From positions 1 to 20,891 of the forward strand of contig CAWEXU010000026.1 of the NCBI GenBank assembly GCA_963813075.1: a stretch of 20,891 nucleotides of DNA, written 5' to 3'. This DNA is from Methanotrichaceae archaeon (GTDB taxonomy: Archaea > Halobacteriota > Methanosarcinia > Methanotrichales > Methanotrichaceae). Under the pieces are notes generated by a model. The model was given only the letters and a program-made list of their open reading frames with translations. It was not told where the DNA came from and ran no database searches. Positions 1-8,305 of this stretch are shown one piece after another; the first letter of the stretch is position 1; the number at the start of each line of letters is the position of its first letter. A program made the translations under genes and the position numbers.

Positions 1-219
1 GAGCGTCTTTTTCCCGTCTATTCTGCGATCCAGAATGTCGGCCTCGAAGAGGATGTTCAGATGCTTGGATATGGTGGACTGAGATCTGGAGAAGGCGGGG
101 AGGATCTCGCAAACGCATCGCTCGCCCCCGCTCAGGTATTCGAGCAGCTCCAGACGGGTGGGATCGGACAGAGCGCTCAGAATCTTTAGGCGCAGTTCAG
201 AGACATTCTTTTGAGCCAT
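1..219 (-). CDS. ArsR/SmtB-family metalloregulatory transcription factor (3' end outside window)
   Basis: Manual translation (missing from the ORF track): MAQKNVSELRLKILSALSDPTRLELLEYLSGGERCVCEILPAFSRSQSTISKHLNILFEADILDRRIDGKKTL. Carries the ArsR winged-helix signatures ALSDPTRL, CVCE and SQSTISKHL. Confidence 0.92.
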   Translation of the reverse strand, partial: MAQKNVSELRLKILSALSDPTRLELLEYLSGGERCVCEILPAFSRSQSTISKHLNILFEADILDRRIDGKKTL

Positions 220-244
220 GATTAGAGCGCGATTAATGCATATT

Positions 245-275
245 CAGATATAAACTTATCGCCATAAGACGATAA
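245..275 (-). promoter_or_regulatory. Putative archaeal TATA box for the ArsR gene with an adjacent inverted repeat (possible operator)
   Basis: Minus strand reads AAGTTTATATCTG about 30 nt upstream of the ATG at 219. TTATCG-N8-CGATAA inverted repeat at 256-275. Confidence 0.45.
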
Positions 276-372
276 TACGATATTATCACTCTTCCATAAT
301 CAAATGCTTTGATCATCACCTTAATCCTTGATCATCGCCTTAATATTTCTGAATGATGGATACCTTTCATGG

Positions 373-679
373 ATGGCGATAAAAAGGGAGGACTGGTTGC
401 AGATCAATAAGGAGCTTTCTCTGCTCTATGAAATGCACGAGGCTGCTATCTCGCAGACGGGAAAATGCCGGGATTTCAACTCCCACGCCAGTATCTTATT
501 GCAGCATCTGGAGGAGCTTGAGGCCTTTGATATGGCCGACAGAGTGATGGACCTTCTGGCTGGCTGCAACCCCAAAGACACTTCTCCCTGTGACAACCGC
601 CTGAGCACAAAAGCCTCTCTGGAGAGGATGCAAGAGAGGATCAAAAATAAGATGAGTGAGCAGGGAAAAAGACGGATAG
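373..679 (+). CDS. Hypothetical small helical Cys-containing protein (about 100 aa; 3' end uncertain)
   Basis: MAIKREDWLQINKELSLLYEMHE...GKCRDF...LLAGCNPKDTSPCDNR...KNKMSE reads as a natural protein. As sequenced the frame runs on to 870, antisense through the SemiSWEET gene. Removing one A from the A5 run at 666-670 gives a TAG stop at 677-679. Confidence 0.65.
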
Positions 680-722
680 GAAATGACTGCATCTTGTGGA
701 GTGCTACAGAGGGCTGGCACCA

Positions 723-976
723 CTATTTTCTGTACCTCATATACATCCCGGTGGCCACCGTCAGGGTGAGAAAAGGAGATCGCATTGGAGACGACCAGAA
801 TGCGATCCTGAATATACAGGCCGTAGAGCAGCCCAGAGGAACATTCCCAGTGAAAATTGCAGGAGCATGATCAGGCTGACATCTGAGACCGATTCAGTGC
901 GATAGATTTGGATCTGGGGGACGAATCCGAACATCGTCAAAAGAGCTGCACACCAGCCAACCAGTTCCCATTGCAT
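723..976 (-). pseudogene. SemiSWEET / MtN3 / PQ-loop sugar transporter, frameshifted (pseudogene or sequencing error)
   Basis: MQWELVGWCAALLTMFGFVPQIQIYRTESVSDVSLIMLLQFSLGMFLW has the PQ motif. Removing one base at 832-834 and one at 771-774 continues it as LLYGLYIQDRILVVSNAISFLTLTVATGMYMRYRK*, the typical 3-TM SemiSWEET pattern (W-x-x-YG, N in TM3). Confidence 0.85.
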
Positions 977-1228
977 CTGCCATCTGTTAGAGCTGCAAGT
1001 ATATGCGGATTGCAGTGTTCTATCCGGCAGTTTCTGCCCAACAGCTCCACCTTCTCCACTGCCTCCTCTGAGCACCTTTGGATCATGGCAGGCAATCTTC
1101 GGCCTCTTGAGAAAAGTCAATCCATATGGCCTTTATTGAGGATGCATGATCTCCCTAAAAATGTCTGCCATTCAATAAGTGCTAGCCTTCCCCCATCTTT
1201 TATGGGATCCGGATTCTGCAGATCGCCC

Positions 1229-1267
1229 GAACAAAAAGAAGCTGGTGGCGGAAGCTCAGGCTCCGCC
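1229..1267 (-). terminator. Hairpin plus U-tract at the probable true end of the upstream secreted-protein gene
   Basis: Minus strand: GGCGGAGC-CTGA-GCTTCCGCC followed by ACCAGCTTCTTTTTGTTC. Confidence 0.5.
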
Positions 1268-1728
1268 AGGTATTCTCCTCCCGTATATTCGCCAACGCCT
1301 GTTCCATCTTCAGACGGCTTGTACAATGTTTTGAGAGCTGCATCCGAAAGCAGGTTCATGTCATTGGTGGAAAATGTCTTGTTGCCTGACGATCCATCGA
1401 TCTCGTGTGCTATTCCCTTCGAGCTGGTGGTGTTATTGGTGATGAGAACCGGCTTGCTAAGATCTATTGGAGCGGTCATCTTTTGCATCAGCAGATTTGG
1501 GTCTTCTCCGAAGTTGGCCCTCACCCAGGCATTGTATTCGTCAACCTTGGCATTGAAGTCATCGATATTCTTTCCGTCAAGGGCAAGCTGGTATGCTTGA
1601 CCCATCATAAACCCCTTATTTAAGCCCTCAATGGCTCCGTTCTGCCAATCAGTATATTCTGCGGCCACTGCCAGGCCCACCAGACAAAGAAATATCGAAA
1701 TATATACAATTTTATTCTTCATATTCAA
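1256..1728 (-). CDS. Secreted hypothetical protein (signal peptide; probable true C-terminus YLGGA)
   Basis: Signal peptide MNMKNKIVYISIFLCLVGLAVAA and an acidic mature region. The ORF track extends it to 1117, but adding one G at 1266-1267 gives EYLGGA* (TGA at 1256-1258) inside a hairpin/U-tract. Confidence 0.7.
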
Positions 1729-1854
1729 TCACTCCTCTATTCGATTGCACTCATTAACGGCAGCATTTCTGCCAATAATGTCAAACTCCGCCCTCATTCT
1801 GCATGTGAGCAGAGCGATCCATTCCAGTCATTTCAAGATATATCCTGGAAGCTC

Positions 1855-2340
1855 CTATCTTAACACCGGTGGCAATGAGTAATTGCTGCTCTTCGCCACA
1901 ACAGGGATGTCTGCACCGGCATAGCCATCCACATAGAATGGCTCATTGGTGTAAGGATCCAGGTAGAAGTACTTCGTCTCCCCAGTCCGGGGGATCTTGT
2001 AGGCATATATCGGATACCCCTTGAAAGGATCGACTCCCACTTGAGTTATCCCGCTCTCTGTGATGTTGAAATCCTTCCAGCTGTTGAATGGATCTGTCAG
2101 GACCTCTCCATCCACAAGAACGCTTCCCTTGGGCGCGCTTCCCCAGCTCCAAAGAGTATCATTCTCGCTTGTATTCTCGCTTCTTTCCTTTGATTGGGAA
2201 TCAATGGCCTCCAGGCTTGCCAGGATAGACCTGCCGGAATCTCCACTTAGAGCCTGATAGCTGCCAGTGCTCTGAGCAGAAGAGTTCGCTAGCAAGAGAC
2301 AAGCTAATGCCAACACAATCACTGCTAATGCAGTCTTCAT
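1855..2340 (-). CDS. Secreted hypothetical protein, WSWG-APKG paralog family
   Basis: Signal peptide, LWSWGSAPKG motif, Tyr-rich DP-x-x-G repeats, C-terminal YSLPPVLR. Clear paralog of 2407-2952. Confidence 0.85.
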   Translation of the reverse strand: MKTALAVIVLALACLLLANSSAQSTGSYQALSGDSGRSILASLEAIDSQSKERSENTSENDTLWSWGSAPKGSVLVDGEVLTDPFNSWKDFNITESGITQVGVDPFKGYPIYAYKIPRTGETKYFYLDPYTNEPFYVDGYAGADIPVVAKSSNYSLPPVLR

Positions 2341-2374
2341 ACCGAACCCACCATGCTGAGATTGATGCCTGATG

Positions 2375-2388
2375 ATAAAAGGCTTTCG
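2375..2388 (-). promoter_or_regulatory. BRE-TATA promoter (CGAAAGCCTTTTAT)
   Basis: Purine-rich BRE plus TTTTAT, 35 nt from the ATG. An identical 14-mer sits at the same spacing before the paralog. Confidence 0.75.
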
Positions 2389-2406
2389 CAGGTCATTTAA
2401 TCAATT

Positions 2407-2952
2407 TTATCTGAGTATTGAAGGCAATGAGTATTGCTCTTCTTCGATGTATTGGCCGGAGATGGGAGTGAAGCTGGCATATATCGGCTCGCCAGTCTCC
2501 GGATTAAAGTAGACGTAGACCAGTTTTCCGCTATTGGAATCTGTGTATGTATAGTAATGCTGCCCGGTGATTGGATCCACATATGTTTTGACTCTCTCCC
2601 CAGTGACCGGATCGAAATAGGAATAAGCAGGGGTATCTCCATAGGGATCCACGAACGAATCGCCCAGCCAATCGCGAATAACGCTCAGGTTCTTCAGTGT
2701 GTACCGGGGATCGCCGATGATATTCCCGTCCACGATCAGGCTGCCTTTGGGCGCTCCTCCCCAGCTCCATAGACTTTGATTGCTCTCGCTTTTTGATGCC
2801 GTCTCGGCATCCGATGCTTCGATGTTGCTCAATACATTTCTGCCGTAGTCTCCACCAATGCTCTGGAAGCTGCTCTTCTCCTGAGCAAGGGCGTTTCCGG
2901 CCAAGAGGCATGCTATCAGCAATGCCATTGCTGCTGCAAATGCAGTCTTCAT
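2407..2952 (-). CDS. Secreted hypothetical protein, WSWG-APKG paralog family
   Basis: Own start MKTAFAAAMALLIACLLAGNALAQ with a signal peptide, LWSWGGAPKG, C-terminal YSLPSILR, and its own promoter. The ORF track wrongly fuses it to the UbiA gene. Confidence 0.85.
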   Translation of the reverse strand: MKTAFAAAMALLIACLLAGNALAQEKSSFQSIGGDYGRNVLSNIEASDAETASKSESNQSLWSWGGAPKGSLIVDGNIIGDPRYTLKNLSVIRDWLGDSFVDPYGDTPAYSYFDPVTGERVKTYVDPITGQHYYTYTDSNSGKLVYVYFNPETGEPIYASFTPISGQYIEEEQYSLPSILR

Positions 2953-2986
2953 ACTGACCCCACTGGTGTTGAAAGGACTCTTGGCA

Positions 2987-3000
2987 ATAAAAGGCTTTCG
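2987..3000 (-). promoter_or_regulatory. BRE-TATA promoter (CGAAAGCCTTTTAT)
   Basis: Identical to 2375-2388 and 35 nt from the ATG at 2952. Confidence 0.75.
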
Positions 3001-3020
3001 AATGCAAGAGCCATTTGTGC

Positions 3021-3960
3021 TCAAAGCCAGCCCGTCTGGGGCAGGGCCTGGAGCAGGGTTGCTCTGAGCAGCACATCGATGATCAGAGCCGCAAAGAGCC
3101 ACGCGCGGTAGTTGGCGGACTGATAGAAGAACTGCTCGCCCTCTTTTTGCCGTCGGATGGCGCACGAAATCAAGGTTCTGACCCAGCAGCCAGCCGCCGG
3201 ATACAATGGCTGCGATGAAATAGAACCATCCCAGGCCCGAGGCCAATCCCAGGGCAATGGAAAGAGCGATTCCTACCAGCCAGAAGAGGGCCACCATCTT
3301 TGCGGTGATTGGAATGCCGAAGGTGGCGGGAGTGGTGGGAATTCCCTCTCTTCTGTCGCCCTCAACATCACGGGAGGCATCGCAGTTGGTAAATCCCCAA
3401 TCGGTGATGCATATCATCGCCGCCAGGATCAGAGAGGCAGGGTGGATGCCGGCGCCGGCCTTGAGAATCCCCGCCGGCTCCATAGCCAGCCAGACGCCTA
3501 AAGGCACCAATCCATAGGATAAGCCCACGAAGATCCAGGAGAAGGGGGTATTCCTCTTGGCCCAGGCGGAGTAGATGCTTGCAAGTATGGTGGCAGCGAC
3601 GAGGGCGACAAAGCTCTCAGGGTTTAGGTAGAGGGCGGCAGACAGGGCGACGAGAAAGAGAAATACTGACCAGAACTGGGCCTGCCTCTTGTCCAGCTTT
3701 GCCGAAGGCAGTGGCCGGCAGGGCATGCCGACCTTATCCACGTCGACGTCGCAGCAGTCGTTATAGACATAAGAGCTGGTGATGGCACAGTAGGCTCCGA
3801 GCACTGCTATGACAAAGGGAATCAGAGGAGGAAGAGTCCCTTCCACTGCATAGACTGCCAAGAGAGCCGAGGCTGCTGGCATGGCGATGTCCATGGGCGC
3901 GAGCGGAGGGCGTAGCAGCTCGATATATGCTCTGAAGCTTGAGAATCCTTGGGTTGACAT
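3021..3960 (-). CDS. UbiA-family prenyltransferase (one frameshift near the 3' end)
   Basis: Multi-TM protein with Asp-rich motifs YNDCCDVDVD and DASRDVEGD, plus RPLPS and GIPT. Removing one base from the run at 3144-3148 continues it as EGEQFFYQSANYRAWLFAALIIDVLLR...GWL*. Confidence 0.88.
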
Positions 3961-4004
3961 TTTATTCAAATTTCTCTCTGGGTCATTCTTCGAATACTAT
4001 GCTC

Positions 4005-4724
4005 TCAGATTACTCCTGAAAAGAGATCCAGGTGATCCCCGGGCCGGGTCAGATAATCCAGCCGGCCATGCTCCTTGAGCAGAGGGTACATCTCTTTGCC
4101 TTTGGCCAGACCCAGCTGGGAAAGGGTTCTGCCACCTGGTGCGTCGGCCCGCCGCAGCTCAGACGCCTCCGGACAGCGCGGATTTTTGATCCACCCATCG
4201 CGGGTAAAGAAATATGCCCCCCCTCCCTTCTCCTTTATGGGATCGTAGAGGGATGAGAAGTCCCTGGCCACGAAATTGGACATCTTGAGGATCTTATTGG
4301 ATCGATTGATGGTGATATGCCCGTAATTGGGGGGAACCAGGACCTTATCCCCGGCGACTGCGTTTATGGCCACCACATCGGATAGGTCCTCATTCTGCAG
4401 GAGATAGAGCGCTTCGCCCTCCAGCACCTCATAGAGCTCAGGATAGGTGACGGCAGACCCCGGTGCCTGTGGATGGTAGTGGCCTGCGGTCTTAATGTAC
4501 TCGCTACCCATCATCCCTGGAGGGATTATGGTGATATCGTATCTCAAGTTCTGGTCTCGGAGCTTATCCCCGTCCGCCCGGCTCAAGAAGAGGTCGCGGA
4601 ACATATAGTACAGCTCAAAGTTCTCTCTTCCCGCCAGCCAGCTCTGATCGAATATAACGTCTTTCATGTCAAAGAGCCTGCGAATATCAGGCTCTCTGGT
4701 CTTGCCGCCAAATTCTAGATCCAT
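4005..4724 (-). CDS. pgiA: Glucose-6-phosphate isomerase, archaeal cupin type
   Basis: LRYDITII, KTAGHYH, YPELYEVLEGEA and VPPNYGHITIN are cupin PGI motifs. Confidence 0.88.
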   Translation of the reverse strand: MDLEFGGKTREPDIRRLFDMKDVIFDQSWLAGRENFELYYMFRDLFLSRADGDKLRDQNLRYDITIIPPGMMGSEYIKTAGHYHPQAPGSAVTYPELYEVLEGEALYLLQNEDLSDVVAINAVAGDKVLVPPNYGHITINRSNKILKMSNFVARDFSSLYDPIKEKGGGAYFFTRDGWIKNPRCPEASELRRADAPGGRTLSQLGLAKGKEMYPLLKEHGRLDYLTRPGDHLDLFSGVI

Positions 4725-4866
4725 CTTCTATGCCACCGCTCTCCTTAGGACCTCCTGCATTTAAATGGTCTTCCACTGGCATTCGAGCAATGGAATGGAA
4801 AGACCAAAAGCAAAGCTAACGCTTTAGCTTGCCAGTCTTATCATTCAGGACCTTTATTTAAAGGAC

Positions 4867-5322
4867 TCAGCAGGCATAAGGAGTGTTGATGGTGAAGTAC
4901 TCGGTGAGCTCCTTCTTGAAGTCCACTATCACATCCACCTTCCAGTTTCCCGGAAGCCTGGCAACGTCGGTTCCCTTGATCTTCAGGCAGCTCCAGACGG
5001 GTGCCGCCCACATTCCCGTGAATCCGTCGATGGGCGGAATGGTGGAAAACGACCGGGCATAGGTCCTGCCCTCGGGCCAGTACCATCTCCACTCCACAGT
5101 ATGCGACTTTGAGTCCCGCCAGATAAGCAACCAGGAGACGGCCTGCTCATCATCGGTGGTAAATGTGGTTGTCCTGTATAGCGGCATGCCGCTATCGGTA
5201 ATATCCTTGGCTATGGTATGCTCGCTAAGGGGAAAGAACATAGGATGGGATGCCAGAGCCCCTCCGCCCATGAGCAACAATGCCAACGCCACTAAAGCAA
5301 ATACTCTCGTTCTCATTACCAC
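4867..5322 (-). CDS. Secreted hypothetical protein, probable beta-sandwich/Ig-like fold
   Basis: Signal peptide (RTRVFALVALALLLMGGGALA) and a Trp-rich beta pattern (VEWRWYWPEG...PGNWKVDV...FTI). Confidence 0.75.
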   Translation of the reverse strand: MVMRTRVFALVALALLLMGGGALASHPMFFPLSEHTIAKDITDSGMPLYRTTTFTTDDEQAVSWLLIWRDSKSHTVEWRWYWPEGRTYARSFSTIPPIDGFTGMWAAPVWSCLKIKGTDVARLPGNWKVDVIVDFKKELTEYFTINTPYAC

Positions 5323-5428
5323 TCACCATAACTTTGAAAGCTTTTCAAACCCCAATAGTATATTAATCCATGTAGCATAAAAAGATAACGATTGGATAAT
5401 AGAGATAAAAGATGGTGTCAGGCAATTG

Positions 5429-6073
5429 TCAGAGAGTCAGAGGCCTTATGCCCGATCTTCTGGCAATCTCTCGGGGAAGGTCCATAACATGATCCAAGCT
5501 ATCGATCACATTTCCGTCGCTGGTCAGCACTATTCCCCTGGTTGCCTTTAGAAGGCGATCGACATCTCTGGCGGTTCTGGCTGTGCCGCAGAGATGCCGC
5601 TCCGCCATCATTCCTCTTATCATCTCCGCAATCTCTCCGCTGCGGCTCATCTGCTGGTCCAGCAGCACCTCTGTTCGGGCTGGACCGGCCTGGGCCAGAA
5701 GATCAAGGATCTGGTTGAGGGCAAGAGCGGTGAGCGAGGAGATTTTGTAGCTCCTGAAGATCCCTCTGCTGTCTCGCAGGAAGCCGTCATCGCACGAATA
5801 GATGGGATGGCCTCCGAGGAGGCTCTCGGTGGTGATAAGGACATTGTAGCCGTCAATGAAGATGGCCTGATCCTTCAGGTCCTCCAACTTCTGCATCCTG
5901 GACCTTCTGATCCGAGCAACGTCCGATTTCACTATTACCCTCATCAGGATGAACCTCTCTTCAATCGCCAATCGATGGTGATTGGAGATGAACCTGACAG
6001 CAGAATCCTTGGGGTAGCCCCGGTCCACCAGATACCTCGCCTCCTCCAGGGCTTTTGCCGTTTTTGCTTTTAT
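5429..6073 (-). CDS. DUF434-domain protein (PIN/NYN-like); start codon uncertain
   Basis: YLVDRGYP...FISNHHRL, IFIDGYNVLIT, DDGFLRD and LTSDGNVID motifs. The ORF-track extension to 6259 overlaps the fumarase beta gene and is probably not real. Confidence 0.8.
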   Translation of the reverse strand: MKAKTAKALEEARYLVDRGYPKDSAVRFISNHHRLAIEERFILMRVIVKSDVARIRRSRMQKLEDLKDQAIFIDGYNVLITTESLLGGHPIYSCDDGFLRDSRGIFRSYKISSLTALALNQILDLLAQAGPARTEVLLDQQMSRSGEIAEMIRGMMAERHLCGTARTARDVDRLLKATRGIVLTSDGNVIDSLDHVMDLPREIARRSGIRPLTL

Positions 6074-6606
6074 CGCTTCTCTCTTGCAGCCTTCGCCGAC
6101 AGTCTCACATCCTGGTAAAGATCCCGACCATACGAGTCCACTGCCACCACCATCGGACCAAGATCTTCGGCCTCCAGCTCCCAGATGGACTCCGCCATCC
6201 CCAGCTCCGGGAGGTGGACAGCACAAACCCGAAGCTGTGATGCAGCCGCCGCGCCGCAACCCCCTGGATAGGCAAGATAGACCGCTCTATTCAAGAACGG
6301 CTCTCCTGGCAGGCCTCCTTTGCCGATTATGGCCTTCACCCCTAAAGCCAGGATCTCCTCGGTATAGCGCGTCATTCGGCCGCTGGTGGTAGGCCCGGCA
6401 GAGATGACCGAATCATCCTGAATGATGGGGCCGCAATGATAGAGCGCCGCTCCCTCTAAAGTTACTGGGCTGCCCTGGCGGCGAATCAGAGCATGGGCTT
6501 TGTCCCGAGCGGTGAACACCTTGCCCTTCAGAAATACTATATCACCCGCGTTCAGCTTTTTCACATCCTCCTGGCAAAGGGGAGTCTGGAGATGAAATAT
6601 GGTCAT
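6070..6606 (-). CDS. Fe-S fumarate hydratase / tartrate dehydratase beta subunit
   Basis: TARDKAH, YHCGP, AGPTTSGRM, IIGKGG, ELGMAE and GPMVVAVDSYG. The ATG overlaps the alpha-subunit stop (ATGA). Confidence 0.92.
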   Translation of the reverse strand: MTIFHLQTPLCQEDVKKLNAGDIVFLKGKVFTARDKAHALIRRQGSPVTLEGAALYHCGPIIQDDSVISAGPTTSGRMTRYTEEILALGVKAIIGKGGLPGEPFLNRAVYLAYPGGCGAAAASQLRVCAVHLPELGMAESIWELEAEDLGPMVVAVDSYGRDLYQDVRLSAKAAREKR

Positions 6607-7508
6607 AAAATCACCTCGGTGGCGCTTCTGTTTGCCCAGCACTGGAAGTTTATGGCCACCGGCAGGGAGGCGGTATGGCATAGCGCCTTCTCGATTCTCA
6701 GGCCGAGGACGGTGGTGTCCCCGCCCAGGCCCATGGGGCCGATGCCCAGGCTGTTCAGCCTCTTCATGAGGTTCTCTTCAAACCTCTGCCTTTTCGTCTC
6801 TTCAGGCGAGCTGGTATGGATGATGCAGCGGTCGGTTCTCTGGGAGGATTCTCGAGAATATGGCTGGAGGCAGTGCATATTGAGCAGAGCGTGCTTAGCC
6901 AGCCGGGCGGCCAGATCGAAGCTGCCGCCGATCCCTATTCCCAGGAACAGAGGTGGACAGGCATTGGCTGCCCTCTCCCTGACCGCATCGACGATGAACT
7001 CCATTGGGTCGTCTGCCGGATTGAGCATCATGACGAGGCTCATGTTCTCAGATCCTGCTCCCTTGGGAAAAGCAGTTATGCTCAGGCTCTGGCCACAGGT
7101 CCGGTCCAGGATGATGTCCGGCATCCCGGGACCGGTATTGTCCTTGCTGTTCTCTCTTGTTAGGGGATCGACTGCATTGGGCCGGAGAGGTATCTGGGAT
7201 GTTGCTCTCCTCACTCCTTGAGCTATGGCCTCCTGAAGATCGAAGTCCAGGATCAGATCCTGGCCCATCAGAACATGAAATATGGCCAGGCCGGTATCCT
7301 GGCAGATGGGCAGGCCTCTTGATCCGGCAAGGCTAACATTGTCCAGCATGAACTGGAGCTGAGAGCGGGCCAGGGGACTGGTCTCCCTTTCAAGCCCTTC
7401 TTTTATTCTCTCCAAGACCCAGGGAGGAAGAGAGGTTTCAGCTCGATATAGGGCGCGAACGGTGGCATCTGTCACCTGAGAGCTAGTGATCATCTGATTC
7501 TCACCCAT
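6603..7508 (-). CDS. Fe-S fumarate hydratase / tartrate dehydratase alpha subunit
   Basis: PICQDTG, PKGAGSEN, NACPP-GIGIGG, GIGPMGLGG, CHTASLPVAINFQCWA. Confidence 0.93.
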   Translation of the reverse strand: MGENQMITSSQVTDATVRALYRAETSLPPWVLERIKEGLERETSPLARSQLQFMLDNVSLAGSRGLPICQDTGLAIFHVLMGQDLILDFDLQEAIAQGVRRATSQIPLRPNAVDPLTRENSKDNTGPGMPDIILDRTCGQSLSITAFPKGAGSENMSLVMMLNPADDPMEFIVDAVRERAANACPPLFLGIGIGGSFDLAARLAKHALLNMHCLQPYSRESSQRTDRCIIHTSSPEETKRQRFEENLMKRLNSLGIGPMGLGGDTTVLGLRIEKALCHTASLPVAINFQCWANRSATEVIL

Positions 7509-7513
7509 CTCCT

Positions 7514-8254
7514 TTACCCTTCCAACTTCTTGCCCTTCTTTCCCGGCTCGATCTTAATGGGCTTGGACTGCTCGGGAAGGACAAGCCGGGTGACCTTACC
7601 CAGAGCCCTCTCCATGGCATCCTTATGCAGGTCTCCGGAGGTGTGGATGCCCCCTGGACCTCCCCTCACTGCGCGACAGGGATACTGCTGGCAGAATAGG
7701 CCGGTGAGGGACGGGGCCTCATCCACAGTCTTTCCCACTATGCCGGAGGCGGCATGCCATGTCGCCCCGCAGGGGGAGCCGCGCAAGACGCGCACACCGC
7801 TGATCTTGCCGTCCTTTGTCTGGACCTCTAGCTCCGGTTTTCCCAGCTTTTTCGCGAACTGGTCGATCGCCGGGACGCCGCATTCCTCCAGGGTGCAGCA
7901 GATCTCATCAACCTCGATGTGGATGTTATACTCCTCAGCGATCTTCTCCAGCTCAGTGATGGAGCCCGCCCGGCCTATGCCGCCGGGAATGATGACCGCC
8001 TTAACTTTCTCTTTTCCTGCCAGGCGGACGATCTCCGGAGTGAGGTCCGGATGAAATGTGTAGAGAATGAGCAGGTCAGCCTGGAAGATTTGCGGGTCTA
8101 AATTCAGCTCCCGGACGAACTCCTCAGGATCCTCTATGAATCCCGGCAGGATCTCCGGGACATCAACCGATACCACCTGGAAATCGGTGCGGGCCTTTAT
8201 GGTCTCCAATAGGCGTTCGCCGTATTTTCCTCTCTTGATTACCCCAACCAGCAT
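7514..8254 (-). CDS. DUF166-family protein
   Basis: GKYGER, FIEDPE, HPDL, ICC-x-L, FGKP-like LGKPEL, VLRGSPCGATW, YPC and IH-x-SG-x-x-H pattern. Start re-called at ATG 8254 to avoid overlapping cbiA. Confidence 0.8.
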   Translation of the reverse strand: MLVGVIKRGKYGERLLETIKARTDFQVVSVDVPEILPGFIEDPEEFVRELNLDPQIFQADLLILYTFHPDLTPEIVRLAGKEKVKAVIIPGGIGRAGSITELEKIAEEYNIHIEVDEICCTLEECGVPAIDQFAKKLGKPELEVQTKDGKISGVRVLRGSPCGATWHAASGIVGKTVDEAPSLTGLFCQQYPCRAVRGGPGGIHTSGDLHKDAMERALGKVTRLVLPEQSKPIKIEPGKKGKKLEG

Positions 8255-8305
8255 GCAGAAGGGATCGGCCAGCGTATTAATATCCTTGCCGGAGAAGAGG
8301 GACTC

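Noticed and set aside
328..870. 180-aa ORF as called
   Set aside because: The 3' third is antisense to the SemiSWEET gene and the 5' extension lies in AT-rich promoter DNA. The core is 373 to about 679.
980..1250. Possible small gene or TGA read-through (selenocysteine) after 1117
   Set aside because: No recognisable protein in any frame, and the upstream gene more plausibly ends at 1256 with a terminator.
2407..3969. Apparent 520-aa fusion of UbiA to a secreted repeat protein
   Set aside because: Created by one extra base at 3144-3148. The real UbiA C-terminus is in another frame (stop at 3021), and the downstream gene has its own promoter, RBS and signal peptide.
4810..4832. Short hairpin AAGCTAA-CGCT-TTAGCTT
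   Set aside because: Probably an ordinary terminator or operator between two genes; too short to support a specific claim.
6074..6259. Gly/Cys-rich N-terminal extension of DUF434
   Set aside because: It is an alternative-frame overlap with the fumarase beta subunit.
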